NCBI GenBank assembly: GCA_977020255.1
Contig: CDROCS010002317.1
Coordinates: forward strand, 1-64,000
Source of the DNA: Obrimoposthia wandeli
Taxonomy: Eukaryota
DNA length: 64,000 nt
Direction: 5' to 3'
The notes under the pieces are model-generated. The model ran no database searches. It was not told the origin of the DNA and worked only from the letters and a program-made list of their open reading frames with translations. The translations under genes and the position numbers were made by a program. Below are positions 52,058-61,400 of this stretch, one piece after another (position 1 is the first letter of the stretch; every line of letters starts with the position of its first letter).

Positions 52058-52950
52058 TAGTTTACGTCCATTTTGAAGCGATTACCTTTGAATTGAAGGG
52101 TTCTTATAATCTGTAAAAGATCAGCATTTTCTTTCATTTCTTCGGTAAAAGGGGCAAAAGGAGCTGAGCGGCGGACTATTCGAATAGCCGCATCGTCGAG
52201 TACTTTTTTACCAGAGGATTCGAAGATTTCTAAGCTATGAATAGTACCATCTGGATTTATTGTAACAGCAAATCGAAGCATGCAATCTGTAAAACAGTCA
52301 TAAGCTTCCCTTGGGTAATTTATTCGCCCCATACTTTCTATTTTTCTACGCCAACTAGTAACATAAAAAGCATCGTTAGCTTTTAAAGTAGAGGAGGCAG
52401 ATAGGCGCTGTATACGAGGGGCTTTAGAATAAATCTGCCTTAAATTATCATATCTTGCTTCTAAACTAGCAATTTCAAGACTGCGAGTTAGTAAACTTTT
52501 CTTTGGCCCGTCGGGCTGATCTGACGGTTCAACAGCTTCAGATTCTGGTTTGAGTTGTGTTTTAAAGCGACTTGTATTCGTGCTTGAAATTAAGGCAGCT
52601 TGTTCAGGTTTAACCTTGGGGGCACTGGACTGTTGTTCTAAGGGGGATGCTTCTTGAATACTATTAGCATCAAATTTTGCATCAACGTCAGTAGTTAGCA
52701 TCTTAGCTTCGTCTAACGTGCCACTACCTTGCTGATTTTCTTGGGCTAGGAAATCAGCTTTTTCTGGAGCTTGATCGCTCTTATAGCTCGCCAGTGTCAC
52801 TTCTAAGGTTTGTGACGTCTGGCTTTGATCAGTGGCTGTAAAGCTGATGCCCAATATGAGAGCCGCATGTAACAAGGTGGCCAAAAAACCAGTAAAGGTT
52901 AAGCGGTCAGCACTGGTAACTGTAGCAGAGCTACTCATGGGCGATCTCAC
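52057..52950 (-). CDS. tonB3: TonB3-like energy transducer
   Basis: N-terminal TM with LHAALI, DFLAQENQQGSG, C-terminal TonB domain; gshB-tonB-algH synteny as PA0406. Confidence 0.85.
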   Translation of the reverse strand: MRSPMSSSATVTSADRLTFTGFLATLLHAALILGISFTATDQSQTSQTLEVTLASYKSDQAPEKADFLAQENQQGSGTLDEAKMLTTDVDAKFDANSIQEASPLEQQSSAPKVKPEQAALISSTNTSRFKTQLKPESEAVEPSDQPDGPKKSLLTRSLEIASLEARYDNLRQIYSKAPRIQRLSASSTLKANDAFYVTSWRRKIESMGRINYPREAYDCFTDCMLRFAVTINPDGTIHSLEIFESSGKKVLDDAAIRIVRRSAPFAPFTEEMKENADLLQIIRTLQFKGNRFKMDVN

Positions 52951-52978
52951 ATTGATATTAATTAAAAGGAGCCCTAGT

Positions 52979-53929
52979 TTAACAGCGCACTTTCTGTAGT
53001 AAACAGGTGATTAACTGGTCAGCGATATCAATGCCAGAATCGCGACTGATTTCACGAACACAAGTTGGGCTAGTGACGTTAATTTCAGTGACGTAATCAC
53101 CAATAACATCAAGTCCGACAAAATATAGACCTTTTTCTTTAAGTTTAGGGCCAATTTTGTCAGCGATGGCTTTTTCTTTGTCAGATAGAGGCATGGTAAT
53201 ACCTGATCCACCGGCGGCTAAGTTGCCACGGGTTTCTCCATCTGCAGGAATTCTCGCTAAGGTGAAAGGAACCGCTTCACCATCAATTATTAATATGCGC
53301 TTATCCCCTTGGGTAATTTCAGGGATGAAGCGTTGGGCCATGATCTGCTGTTTACCATGATCTGTTAGGGTTTCAATGATAACGCTAACATTAGGATCAT
53401 CTTTCTTTAAGCGAAAGATAGAGGAGCCTCCCATACCATCGAGTGGTTTGAAAATAACATCGCCGTGTTCAGCATGGAATGCTTTTAGTAGATCTGGGCG
53501 GCGAGTAACCGTAGTTGGACTCATTAATTCAGCAAACTCTGTCGCAAAGACCTTTTCATTGCAGTCACGCAAACTCTGGGGGTTGTTCGCAACGAGTACG
53601 CCTTGCTGCGCTGCACGTTCTAAAATGTAAGTGCTATAAATAAACTCGCTATCAAAGGGAGGGTCTTTGCGCATTAAAATTAGCTGTAAGTCGCTTAACG
53701 GTCTATCTACGGCTTCTTCTTTCTCAAACCAATTGTCAGGATCCATTGCAACTTTGATAGGAGCCATGCGGCCATAAGCTACGCCATTCTGAATGGACAG
53801 GTCTTGCTGTTCCATATAGAACAATTCGCAGTCACGTTGCTGGGCGGCAAACATCAGAGCAAGAGAGGTATCTTTGTGAAAAGAGATTTGTTCAATGGGA
53901 TCCATAACGATGCCAACTTTGATGCTCAT
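52979..53929 (-). CDS. gshB: Glutathione synthetase
   Basis: VMDPIE, MRKDPPFD, NEK, KPLDGMGG, RGNLAAGG and EINVTSPT motifs. Confidence 0.98.
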   Translation of the reverse strand: MSIKVGIVMDPIEQISFHKDTSLALMFAAQQRDCELFYMEQQDLSIQNGVAYGRMAPIKVAMDPDNWFEKEEAVDRPLSDLQLILMRKDPPFDSEFIYSTYILERAAQQGVLVANNPQSLRDCNEKVFATEFAELMSPTTVTRRPDLLKAFHAEHGDVIFKPLDGMGGSSIFRLKKDDPNVSVIIETLTDHGKQQIMAQRFIPEITQGDKRILIIDGEAVPFTLARIPADGETRGNLAAGGSGITMPLSDKEKAIADKIGPKLKEKGLYFVGLDVIGDYVTEINVTSPTCVREISRDSGIDIADQLITCLLQKVRC

Positions 53930-54143
53930 GACTGCTCCTTAAGGTGTAAGCGAATATATTGAGGACATTTTACCCTAACTATTCAGACTTGCAGTGGAAT
54001 TAATTGTTCCAACCAGTTCTTACTTTTAATAGTTAGCGTTGTTAAGGTCTACAATTATATGTTACAAAGGTTGTAATCAGCGCCCCTCGTACATCGAGAC
54101 CGCTATAACAAAAATATTAATGTGGATGGTTGAAGGCTCATAT

Positions 54144-54524
54144 ATGGACGATAACTTTGATAACCTGAAAGTTATGGTTATTGACGATAGTAAAACTATT
54201 CGTCGTACCGCCGAAACCCTATTAAAAAAGGTCGGTTGTGAAGTAATAACTGCAACTGATGGTTTTGATGCGTTGGCAAAGATCGCAGATACGCGCCCGA
54301 ATATAATATTTGTGGACATTATGATGCCGCGCTTAGATGGTTATCAGACGTGTGCGCTAATAAAAAATAACTCTAAGTTTAAAGATACACCGGTCATTAT
54401 GTTGTCGAGTAAAGATGGTTTATTTGATAAGGCGAAGGGACGTATTGTGGGTTCGGATCAATATTTAACCAAACCTTTTAGTAAAGACGAGTTGCTTGGT
54501 GCAATTCGGAACTTTGTTAAATAG
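54144..54524 (+). CDS. pilG: Chp response regulator PilG
   Basis: MDDNFDNLKVMVIDDSKTIRRTAE and LSSKDGLFDKAKGR. True start at 54144, not 54039. Confidence 0.96.
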   Translation: MDDNFDNLKVMVIDDSKTIRRTAETLLKKVGCEVITATDGFDALAKIADTRPNIIFVDIMMPRLDGYQTCALIKNNSKFKDTPVIMLSSKDGLFDKAKGRIVGSDQYLTKPFSKDELLGAIRNFVK

Positions 54525-54562
54525 AATTGCAGATAGAATTATAATTTAGAGGTGATTTGAGA

Positions 54563-54928
54563 ATGGCTCGCGTACTTGTAGTTGACGATTCTCCAACGGA
54601 AACGCATTCGTTTAAGACCATGCTAGAACAGCAGGGTCATGAAGTGTTTACTGCAGAAAATGGCGCTGATGGTGTAGCGCTAGCACGTCAGGAGAAACCT
54701 GATGTTGTTTTGATGGATATCGTGATGCCTGGGCTTAACGGCTTTCAGGCAACTCGCCAGTTAACAAAGGATCCAAGTACTCAGCATATACCTGTGATTA
54801 TTGTAACGACGAAAGATCAAGAAACGGATCGAGTTTGGGGTAAGCGACAAGGTGCCCGTGGTTATCTTGTTAAACCTGTTGCTGTAGCTCGATTAATGGA
54901 AGAAATTAAATCGGTAATGGCTAGTTAA
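54563..54928 (+). CDS. pilH: Chp response regulator PilH
   Basis: MARVLVVDDSPT, NGFQATRQL and TTKDQETD motifs. Confidence 0.96.
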   Translation: MARVLVVDDSPTETHSFKTMLEQQGHEVFTAENGADGVALARQEKPDVVLMDIVMPGLNGFQATRQLTKDPSTQHIPVIIVTTKDQETDRVWGKRQGARGYLVKPVAVARLMEEIKSVMAS

Positions 54929-54929
54929 T

Positions 54930-55454
54930 ATGTCACCTTTTGCCCTGTTAGTAGAGATTGCACAAAAAAGCCGAAGTAATGCGAGTGAGTTGCCGCAGAA
55001 AACAGAAGCGGTTACCTTTTGGCGTGGTATCGGTTTTATGCTGGCAGGACAACGATTCGTGGCGCCTATGGGAGACGTTGGTGAAATATTGCAAACACCG
55101 CGAGTCACTAGGGTGCCTGGCGTTAGGAATTGGATGCTTGGGGTTTCAAATATTCGAGGTCGTTTAGTTCCGGTTTTGGACTTGGCAGGTTTATTGGGTA
55201 TACCTTCTAAAGCTAGTTGGCGCACTCGCCGAGTATTGGTTATTGGTGAGGGGCAGCAGCAGCACGGCCTATTGGTTGATGCTGTTCTTGGAATGCAGCA
55301 ATTCCCTTCTCACCAAATAAGTAATCAAATGTATGTCGAATCAAACTATGCACCTTACGTGCGTGGTGGTTTTGAGCGTGATGGGTCTAATTGGCCCATT
55401 TTTAGTTTTACAGACCTGATACAGGCAGATGAATTTCTGCAAGTAGCCGTTTAA
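54930..55454 (+). CDS. pilI: CheW-like adaptor PilI
   Basis: TRVPGVRNWMLGVSNIRGRLVPVLDL. Confidence 0.93.
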   Translation: MSPFALLVEIAQKSRSNASELPQKTEAVTFWRGIGFMLAGQRFVAPMGDVGEILQTPRVTRVPGVRNWMLGVSNIRGRLVPVLDLAGLLGIPSKASWRTRRVLVIGEGQQQHGLLVDAVLGMQQFPSHQISNQMYVESNYAPYVRGGFERDGSNWPIFSFTDLIQADEFLQVAV

Positions 55455-55539
55455 TAAAATAGTTTGTTGCGATTCAGTTCATGGATTGCGCTGAATCATT
55501 AATAATAACAAGCGTGCAAATAAGTGCGGAGATAGCGGA

Positions 55540-57576
55540 ATGAGTAAAGAAACGGGAAGCGTTTGGTCCACGGTATTTGGAAACCCTAAAGCAGGTTTCT
55601 TTACTGTGATACTGATTGTTTCAATTTTGGCTTTCTTGGGTGTAACAGTTTTTGTAAACAACCAAGCGAACCAGGATAAGGAATATATTGGTCACGCAGG
55701 TGAATTACGAGTTCTATCTCAGCAGTTGGCGAAGAACGCCGTGGAAGCTGCTGGTGGTAAATCAGAAGCCTTCGCATTATTGCGTAATGCGCGTAATAAT
55801 TTCGAAACTCGTTGGAGCTACTTGAATGTAGGTGATGCTGAAACTGGCTTACCTCCTGCAGAAATTGCGACGATGACCAATGTGCAGGGTATTTGGAATA
55901 AAGTATCCAATAACGCTGATCAAATTGTACAGGCTCAAGATATTATTCTTTCCTTGCATGAGGTTGCTGCAACGCTGGCTGAAACGATTCCTCAGCTTCA
56001 GGTCGAGTATGATGAAATTGTAGAAATTTTGCTTGATAGTGGCGCACCAGCCGATCAGGTTGCTGTTGCTCAGCGTCAATCATGGTTAGCAGAGCGTATT
56101 GTTCGCTCGGTAAACAAAGTTCTTGGCGGTGGAGAAGATGCAGTAATGGCTGCTGATGCTTTCGGTCGAGATGCTTCTCTTTTTGGTCGTGTACTTAACG
56201 GTATGATCGAAGGTAACGTCGCGATGAACCTGAGTCAGGTAGCGGATGAAGAGGCTGTATTTGCCTTGGCAGAAATTGCTGAGCTTTTCGAATTCGTATC
56301 GGGATCGGTTGATGAAATTCTTGAAACCTCTCCTGAACTATTTCAAGTACGTGAAGCATCGGATGCTATTTTTGCCGATTCTCAGTTATTGCTTAATGAA
56401 ACCTCTTCTTTAACGAATGCCTTCCAGACGAATACAGAAGGTTTGGGTATTCTGCAAATTATCGCTTACCTATCGGCCCTAATGGCTGTTGTAGGTATGG
56501 TTGGTTTGGGTGTTGTTTCTTATCAAGATACACGCAAAGATTTATCTGAAACCGCTGATCAAAACGAACAAAACCAAATCGCAATTTTACGTCTACTGGA
56601 TGAAATTGCCGATCTAGCCGATGGTGACTTAACAACGCAGGCAACGGTAACGGAAGACTTTACGGGTGCGATTGCTGACTCCATCAACTACGCAATCGAT
56701 CAGATGCGCTCGTTGGTATCGGCGATTAACGAAACAGCATTGCAGGTATCGTCCGCTGCACAAGAAACTCAGGCAACGGCAATGCATCTTGCTGAAGCAT
56801 CTGAACATCAGGCACAAGAAATTGCTGGAGCATCAGCGGCAATTAATGAAATGGCTGTGTCGATTGACCAAGTATCTGCAAACGCCTCTGAATCATCTGC
56901 GGTAGCAGAGCGATCGGTTGCGATCGCGAATAAAGGTGCTGAAGTGGTACAGGCAACAATTCACGGCATGGATAACATTCGTGAGCAGATTCAAGAAACG
57001 TCTAAGCGTATTAAACGTCTGGGTGAATCTTCGCAGGAAATTGGGGATATCGTATCCTTGATTACCGATATTGCTGACCAAACAAACATTCTATCGCTTA
57101 ACGCGGCTATTCAGGCATCGATGGCAGGTGACGCAGGTCGAGGCTTCGCGGTTGTTGCCGATGAAGTACAGAGACTGGCAGAACGTTCAGCTGCAGCAAC
57201 AAAGCAGATTGAAGCGCTAGTAAAAACGATTCAGAACGATACTAACGAAGCTGTTATCTCGATGGAAACCACAACGTCGGAAGTTGTACGAGGCGCACGC
57301 CTTGCACAAGATGCGGGTGTTGCACTGGAAGAAATTGAGAATGTATCGAAAAACTTGGCTGACTTGATTCAGAATATTTCCAACGCTGCTCGTCAGCAGG
57401 CATCTTCTGCGGGTCATATTTCGAATACGATGAACGTTATTCAAGAGATTACTTCACAGACTTCTGCTGGTACTACGGCGACAGCGAAATCGATTGGTAA
57501 CCTTGCCGATATGGCGAACAAATTACGTGAATCAGTAGCTGGCTTTAAGCTTCCTGAGAGTGAACAAACTCTATAG
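55540..57576 (+). CDS. pilJ: Methyl-accepting chemotaxis protein PilJ
   Basis: ELRVLSQQLAK, LADGDLT and IADQTNILSLNAAIQASMAGDAGRGFAVVADEV. Confidence 0.96.
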   Translation: MSKETGSVWSTVFGNPKAGFFTVILIVSILAFLGVTVFVNNQANQDKEYIGHAGELRVLSQQLAKNAVEAAGGKSEAFALLRNARNNFETRWSYLNVGDAETGLPPAEIATMTNVQGIWNKVSNNADQIVQAQDIILSLHEVAATLAETIPQLQVEYDEIVEILLDSGAPADQVAVAQRQSWLAERIVRSVNKVLGGGEDAVMAADAFGRDASLFGRVLNGMIEGNVAMNLSQVADEEAVFALAEIAELFEFVSGSVDEILETSPELFQVREASDAIFADSQLLLNETSSLTNAFQTNTEGLGILQIIAYLSALMAVVGMVGLGVVSYQDTRKDLSETADQNEQNQIAILRLLDEIADLADGDLTTQATVTEDFTGAIADSINYAIDQMRSLVSAINETALQVSSAAQETQATAMHLAEASEHQAQEIAGASAAINEMAVSIDQVSANASESSAVAERSVAIANKGAEVVQATIHGMDNIREQIQETSKRIKRLGESSQEIGDIVSLITDIADQTNILSLNAAIQASMAGDAGRGFAVVADEVQRLAERSAAATKQIEALVKTIQNDTNEAVISMETTTSEVVRGARLAQDAGVALEEIENVSKNLADLIQNISNAARQQASSAGHISNTMNVIQEITSQTSAGTTATAKSIGNLADMANKLRESVAGFKLPESEQTL

Positions 57577-57583
57577 GTTTAAG

Positions 57584-58483
57584 ATGAGTAATCCGTCAGA
57601 TTTCTTTTTAAGTAAGCGTTCCGGATACGGCATGATGCCGGATATGGAAGAAGAGCAATTTTTGCGTTGGCAGAACTTGCTCGAAGAGCGCACTGGAATG
57701 TGTTTAGCACCACAGCGAAAATCATTCCTACAGACCAGTTTAGGCATTCGCATGCGTGAGCTGGGTTGTGATGACTACGAAGATTATTACCAGCGAGTCA
57801 CTGTTGGGACGGGTGGAGCTATAGAGTGGGCGGTTCTTTCTGATCGATTGACTGTTCAAGAAACACGTTTTTTTCGTGATCCCGATGCGATGTTATTCGT
57901 GAGAAATCATTTGCTTGAAATGGCCAAAACTGCTCCTTTAAATCGATCTTTTGATATTTGGAGTATGGGTTGTTCATCAGGTGAAGAGGTCTATAGTTTG
58001 GCGATGTTGGCAGATGAGTGTTTGTCAGAGCTAGGGTTTAAGTACTCGGTAACGGGGACGGATTTATCGACTGTAGTATTGCGTAAAGCCCGCGAGGGTA
58101 AATACCCAATCCGCAAGTTGGAGACTCTTCCTGTTTCGTATCGTCAGCGTTACTGCATTGCAACACAAAATAATGAGTACCAGATTAGATCTGAGCTGCG
58201 AGATCGAACATGTTTCTCGCAAGTGAATGCTTTGAATTTAGACGCTTTTCCTGTTTCAGGGTTAAGTGTTATCTATTGCCAGAATTTATTAATTTATTTT
58301 CGTCGTTGGCGTCGTCGTGAAATCCTGAATGCCTTAGCTGATCGTTTAGTTGAAGGTGGGATTTTAGTAACAGGTTTAGGTGAAATGGTAGATTGGCAAC
58401 ATCCAAATTTAGTTCAGGTTGATAGTAATAAATTATCAATTTATGTACGACGTGATAATAATAATCAGATGGGAGGCCGCTAG
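57584..58483 (+). CDS. pilK: CheR-like methyltransferase PilK
   Basis: VQETRFFRD, WSMGCSSGEEVYS, GTDLS and CQNLLIYF motifs. Start uncertain (57560/57584/57632). Confidence 0.9.
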   Translation: MSNPSDFFLSKRSGYGMMPDMEEEQFLRWQNLLEERTGMCLAPQRKSFLQTSLGIRMRELGCDDYEDYYQRVTVGTGGAIEWAVLSDRLTVQETRFFRDPDAMLFVRNHLLEMAKTAPLNRSFDIWSMGCSSGEEVYSLAMLADECLSELGFKYSVTGTDLSTVVLRKAREGKYPIRKLETLPVSYRQRYCIATQNNEYQIRSELRDRTCFSQVNALNLDAFPVSGLSVIYCQNLLIYFRRWRRREILNALADRLVEGGILVTGLGEMVDWQHPNLVQVDSNKLSIYVRRDNNNQMGGR

Positions 58484-58486
58484 GCG

Positions 58487-61400
58487 ATGAGCCATGACTA
58501 CATCGCCCTGGAATGGGTTAAAGGCGAAATTGAAGAAACCCTTCAGCAGGCGCAACAAGCATTAGAAGCCTACGTAGAGAATACGCAGGATCGCACTCGT
58601 CTCAAATTTTGTTTGAGCTATCTTCACCAAGTGCACGGCACTTTGCAGATGGTTGAGTTTTACGGCGCGGCATTATTAGCAGAAGAAATGGAAGCTTTAG
58701 CCAAGGTATTGGCTGAAGGTGATGTTGCTAATGAGACTGACGTGCTTGAGGTTTTGATGCAGGCTATTCTGCAGCTGCCGAGCTATCTTGAACACATCAA
58801 GGTGGGTCGTCGAGATCTGCCTGTTGTTTTGTTGCCTATTCTTAATGAATTACGTGCTGCTCGTGGCGAAAGCCTAATGTCTGAGACTGCACTGTTTACT
58901 CCGAATATTGAAGCTCCCGCAGCACTTTCTATAGAAGAGTTGAACAAATTCAATGATCCCGGCTTTGCACCTTGGCTGAAAAAGTTACGCCAAATGCAGC
59001 AGGCCGCGATTTTACATATATTGCGCGGTGAGCAAGAAACATTAGCACTAGATTACCTGAGTAAAGTTTTCACACGCCTCTCTAAATCTCTAGGAAAAAC
59101 GCCTCAAGGTCTAGTATGGCTACCAGCATTAGCTTTTGTGGAATACTTAAAAACAGAAGAAAGTATTCCAAAAAGTGCTAAACCATTATTGCGCCAATTA
59201 GATGTGCTACTAAAACAAATTCAAGACCAAGGAATCGGGGTTTTAAATACTCCTGTATCCGATGAATTACTCAAAAACCTTCTATATTATATCGCTAAAT
59301 CTCCCTTAGATACGGGTGCGGTAGCCGCCGTAAAAGGCCAGTTTAACTTAGCCGCAGCACTTCCTGATGAGCAAGAACTACAAGAACAGCGCGCGGCACT
59401 TTCTGGTCCCGATAAAGAGACTGTTGGTAGCGTTGTTCGTGCTTTAATTGAAGAGATAGGTAGCCTAAAAGAACAGTTCGATCAATTAGTTCGAGGTGAC
59501 GAAGATCGTGAAACAGCACTAGCATCACTATTGCCAACGTTTAAACAGCTTTGCGATACCATGGGTATGTTAGGGCTTGGTATGCCTCGTCGAGTACTGC
59601 AAGAGCAGCAGAGTAACGTAGCCCGCTTACTAGACCAAGGTAGCGTTTCTGACTCTGAATTAATGGACGCTGCTGGAGCTTTACTTTATGTAGAAGCTAC
59701 TTTAAATGGCATGCAGGCAGAGGGCTCATTAGTAGAAAACAGACCAGAAGATGTTTCTGTTAGCAGTGCACAAAAAGCGGTATTGCATGAGGCTCGTAAT
59801 GTTTTAGAGCAGGTGAAAGACTCTGTTGTAGAATATATAGCAAAGCAATGGGACGCCGTTGAGCTTGAAGAAGTTCCGCCGTGGTTGAGATCGATCGAAG
59901 GCTCAATCAATATGATTCCGCTGCCTCGAGTAGCTAAGATTCTTGAAAGAGCAGCGGATTTTGTTGAAGAACAATTGATTGTTGAAGGATTGAAGGCACA
60001 GTGGAGTGTGATGGATAACTTTGCTGATATTCTGACCAGTGTTGAATATTACATAGAGCGCTATAGTAATAGCCCACAAGAAGCGGATGAAAATTTACTT
60101 CAACGTGCTGAAGTGGCTTTGTCTAATTTGCCTGGTCAAGTAATTGAGCTGGCTGGCGATTCCCTAGCTGAAAGCAGTGATATTGATATAGCGGCAGCAC
60201 TAAATCAAATAGATTTAACTGATGATGCATCGTTAAACACAGAAATTGACTTGGCAGTTATCTCCGAACTGTCGACTGAGGCTGTGGTTGAAAACATTGA
60301 AATAGCGTTGCCAGAAGCCGAAGTTACTAGTGAAGTAATTACGGTCGAAGAGGTTTTAGAAGATGCTACTTCAGAGCTTGCTGAAGTTGATGATATTGAA
60401 ATAGTGTTACCAGAAGCAGACGTTACTAATGAAGTAATTACGGTCGAAGAAGCTTTAGATAATGACGCTTTAGAAATTGAGCCTGTTGATGAAGCCCAAC
60501 CCGTAGTTGAGATCGCTACGGCGGTTGAGAGCATTGAAGAAGATGATTTGATTGATGATGAAATCATTGAGATATTCTTAGAAGAAGCTGAAGAAGTACT
60601 GGAGACATTACTAGAATATTGGCCTCAATATAGAAAAGACAAAACAGATGTGGAAGCACAATCAACTGTTCGTCGTGCCTTTCATACATTAAAAGGCAGT
60701 GGCCGAATGGTCAAAGCTGAAGTACTTGGCGAGTTAGCCTGGTCTGTTGAAAATATGCTGAATCGAGTGATTGAGCAGACTATTGCCTTAGATGAAAATG
60801 CTTGTGCTCTAATTGATCAGGTCATTATTCATATACCCGAACTCATTGAGAATTTCCGTCAACGCAGTGTCGTCATTATCGATACAGCATCGCTTATGAG
60901 CTATGCAGAAGCGCTATCTCAGGGTGAGAGTGTCAACGATTTTGTATCTGCGTCTTCGACACCTATCTCTGTGGTAGAGCTAGTCGAACTCGAAGAAATA
61001 GAGGCACTAGAAGAAGCAATCGTTGTCGAAGCGAATGATGTTGCTGAAGAAAGTTTACTTGACGATACACTTCTAGAAATATTTCGTTCAGAAGTTGCAA
61101 CTCACCTTGAAGCAGTAAGTGATTTTGTTTCAAAGTCCCAAGATACTGATTTCAATAATGAGCTTTCAGATCAATTACAACGAGCATTGCATACCTTAAA
61201 GGGTAGTGCTCACATGGCGGGTATCACTCCGATTGCATTGGTTGCTTCGCCATTAGAAAAATTAATAAAAGAATTACGTGCGTATCAAATTAAAAATACG
61301 CCTGGTTTGGTCAACCTGCTTGTAGAAGCGAGTGATTTAATTACGTTGGGTATGCTACAGCTGGAAACAAATCCTGTTGCGCCGTTGCCAAATGAAAGTG

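Noticed and set aside
54039-54143. N-terminal extension of PilG suggested by the ORF track
   Set aside because: The conserved PilG N-terminus begins at ATG 54144; the upstream stretch is promoter region.
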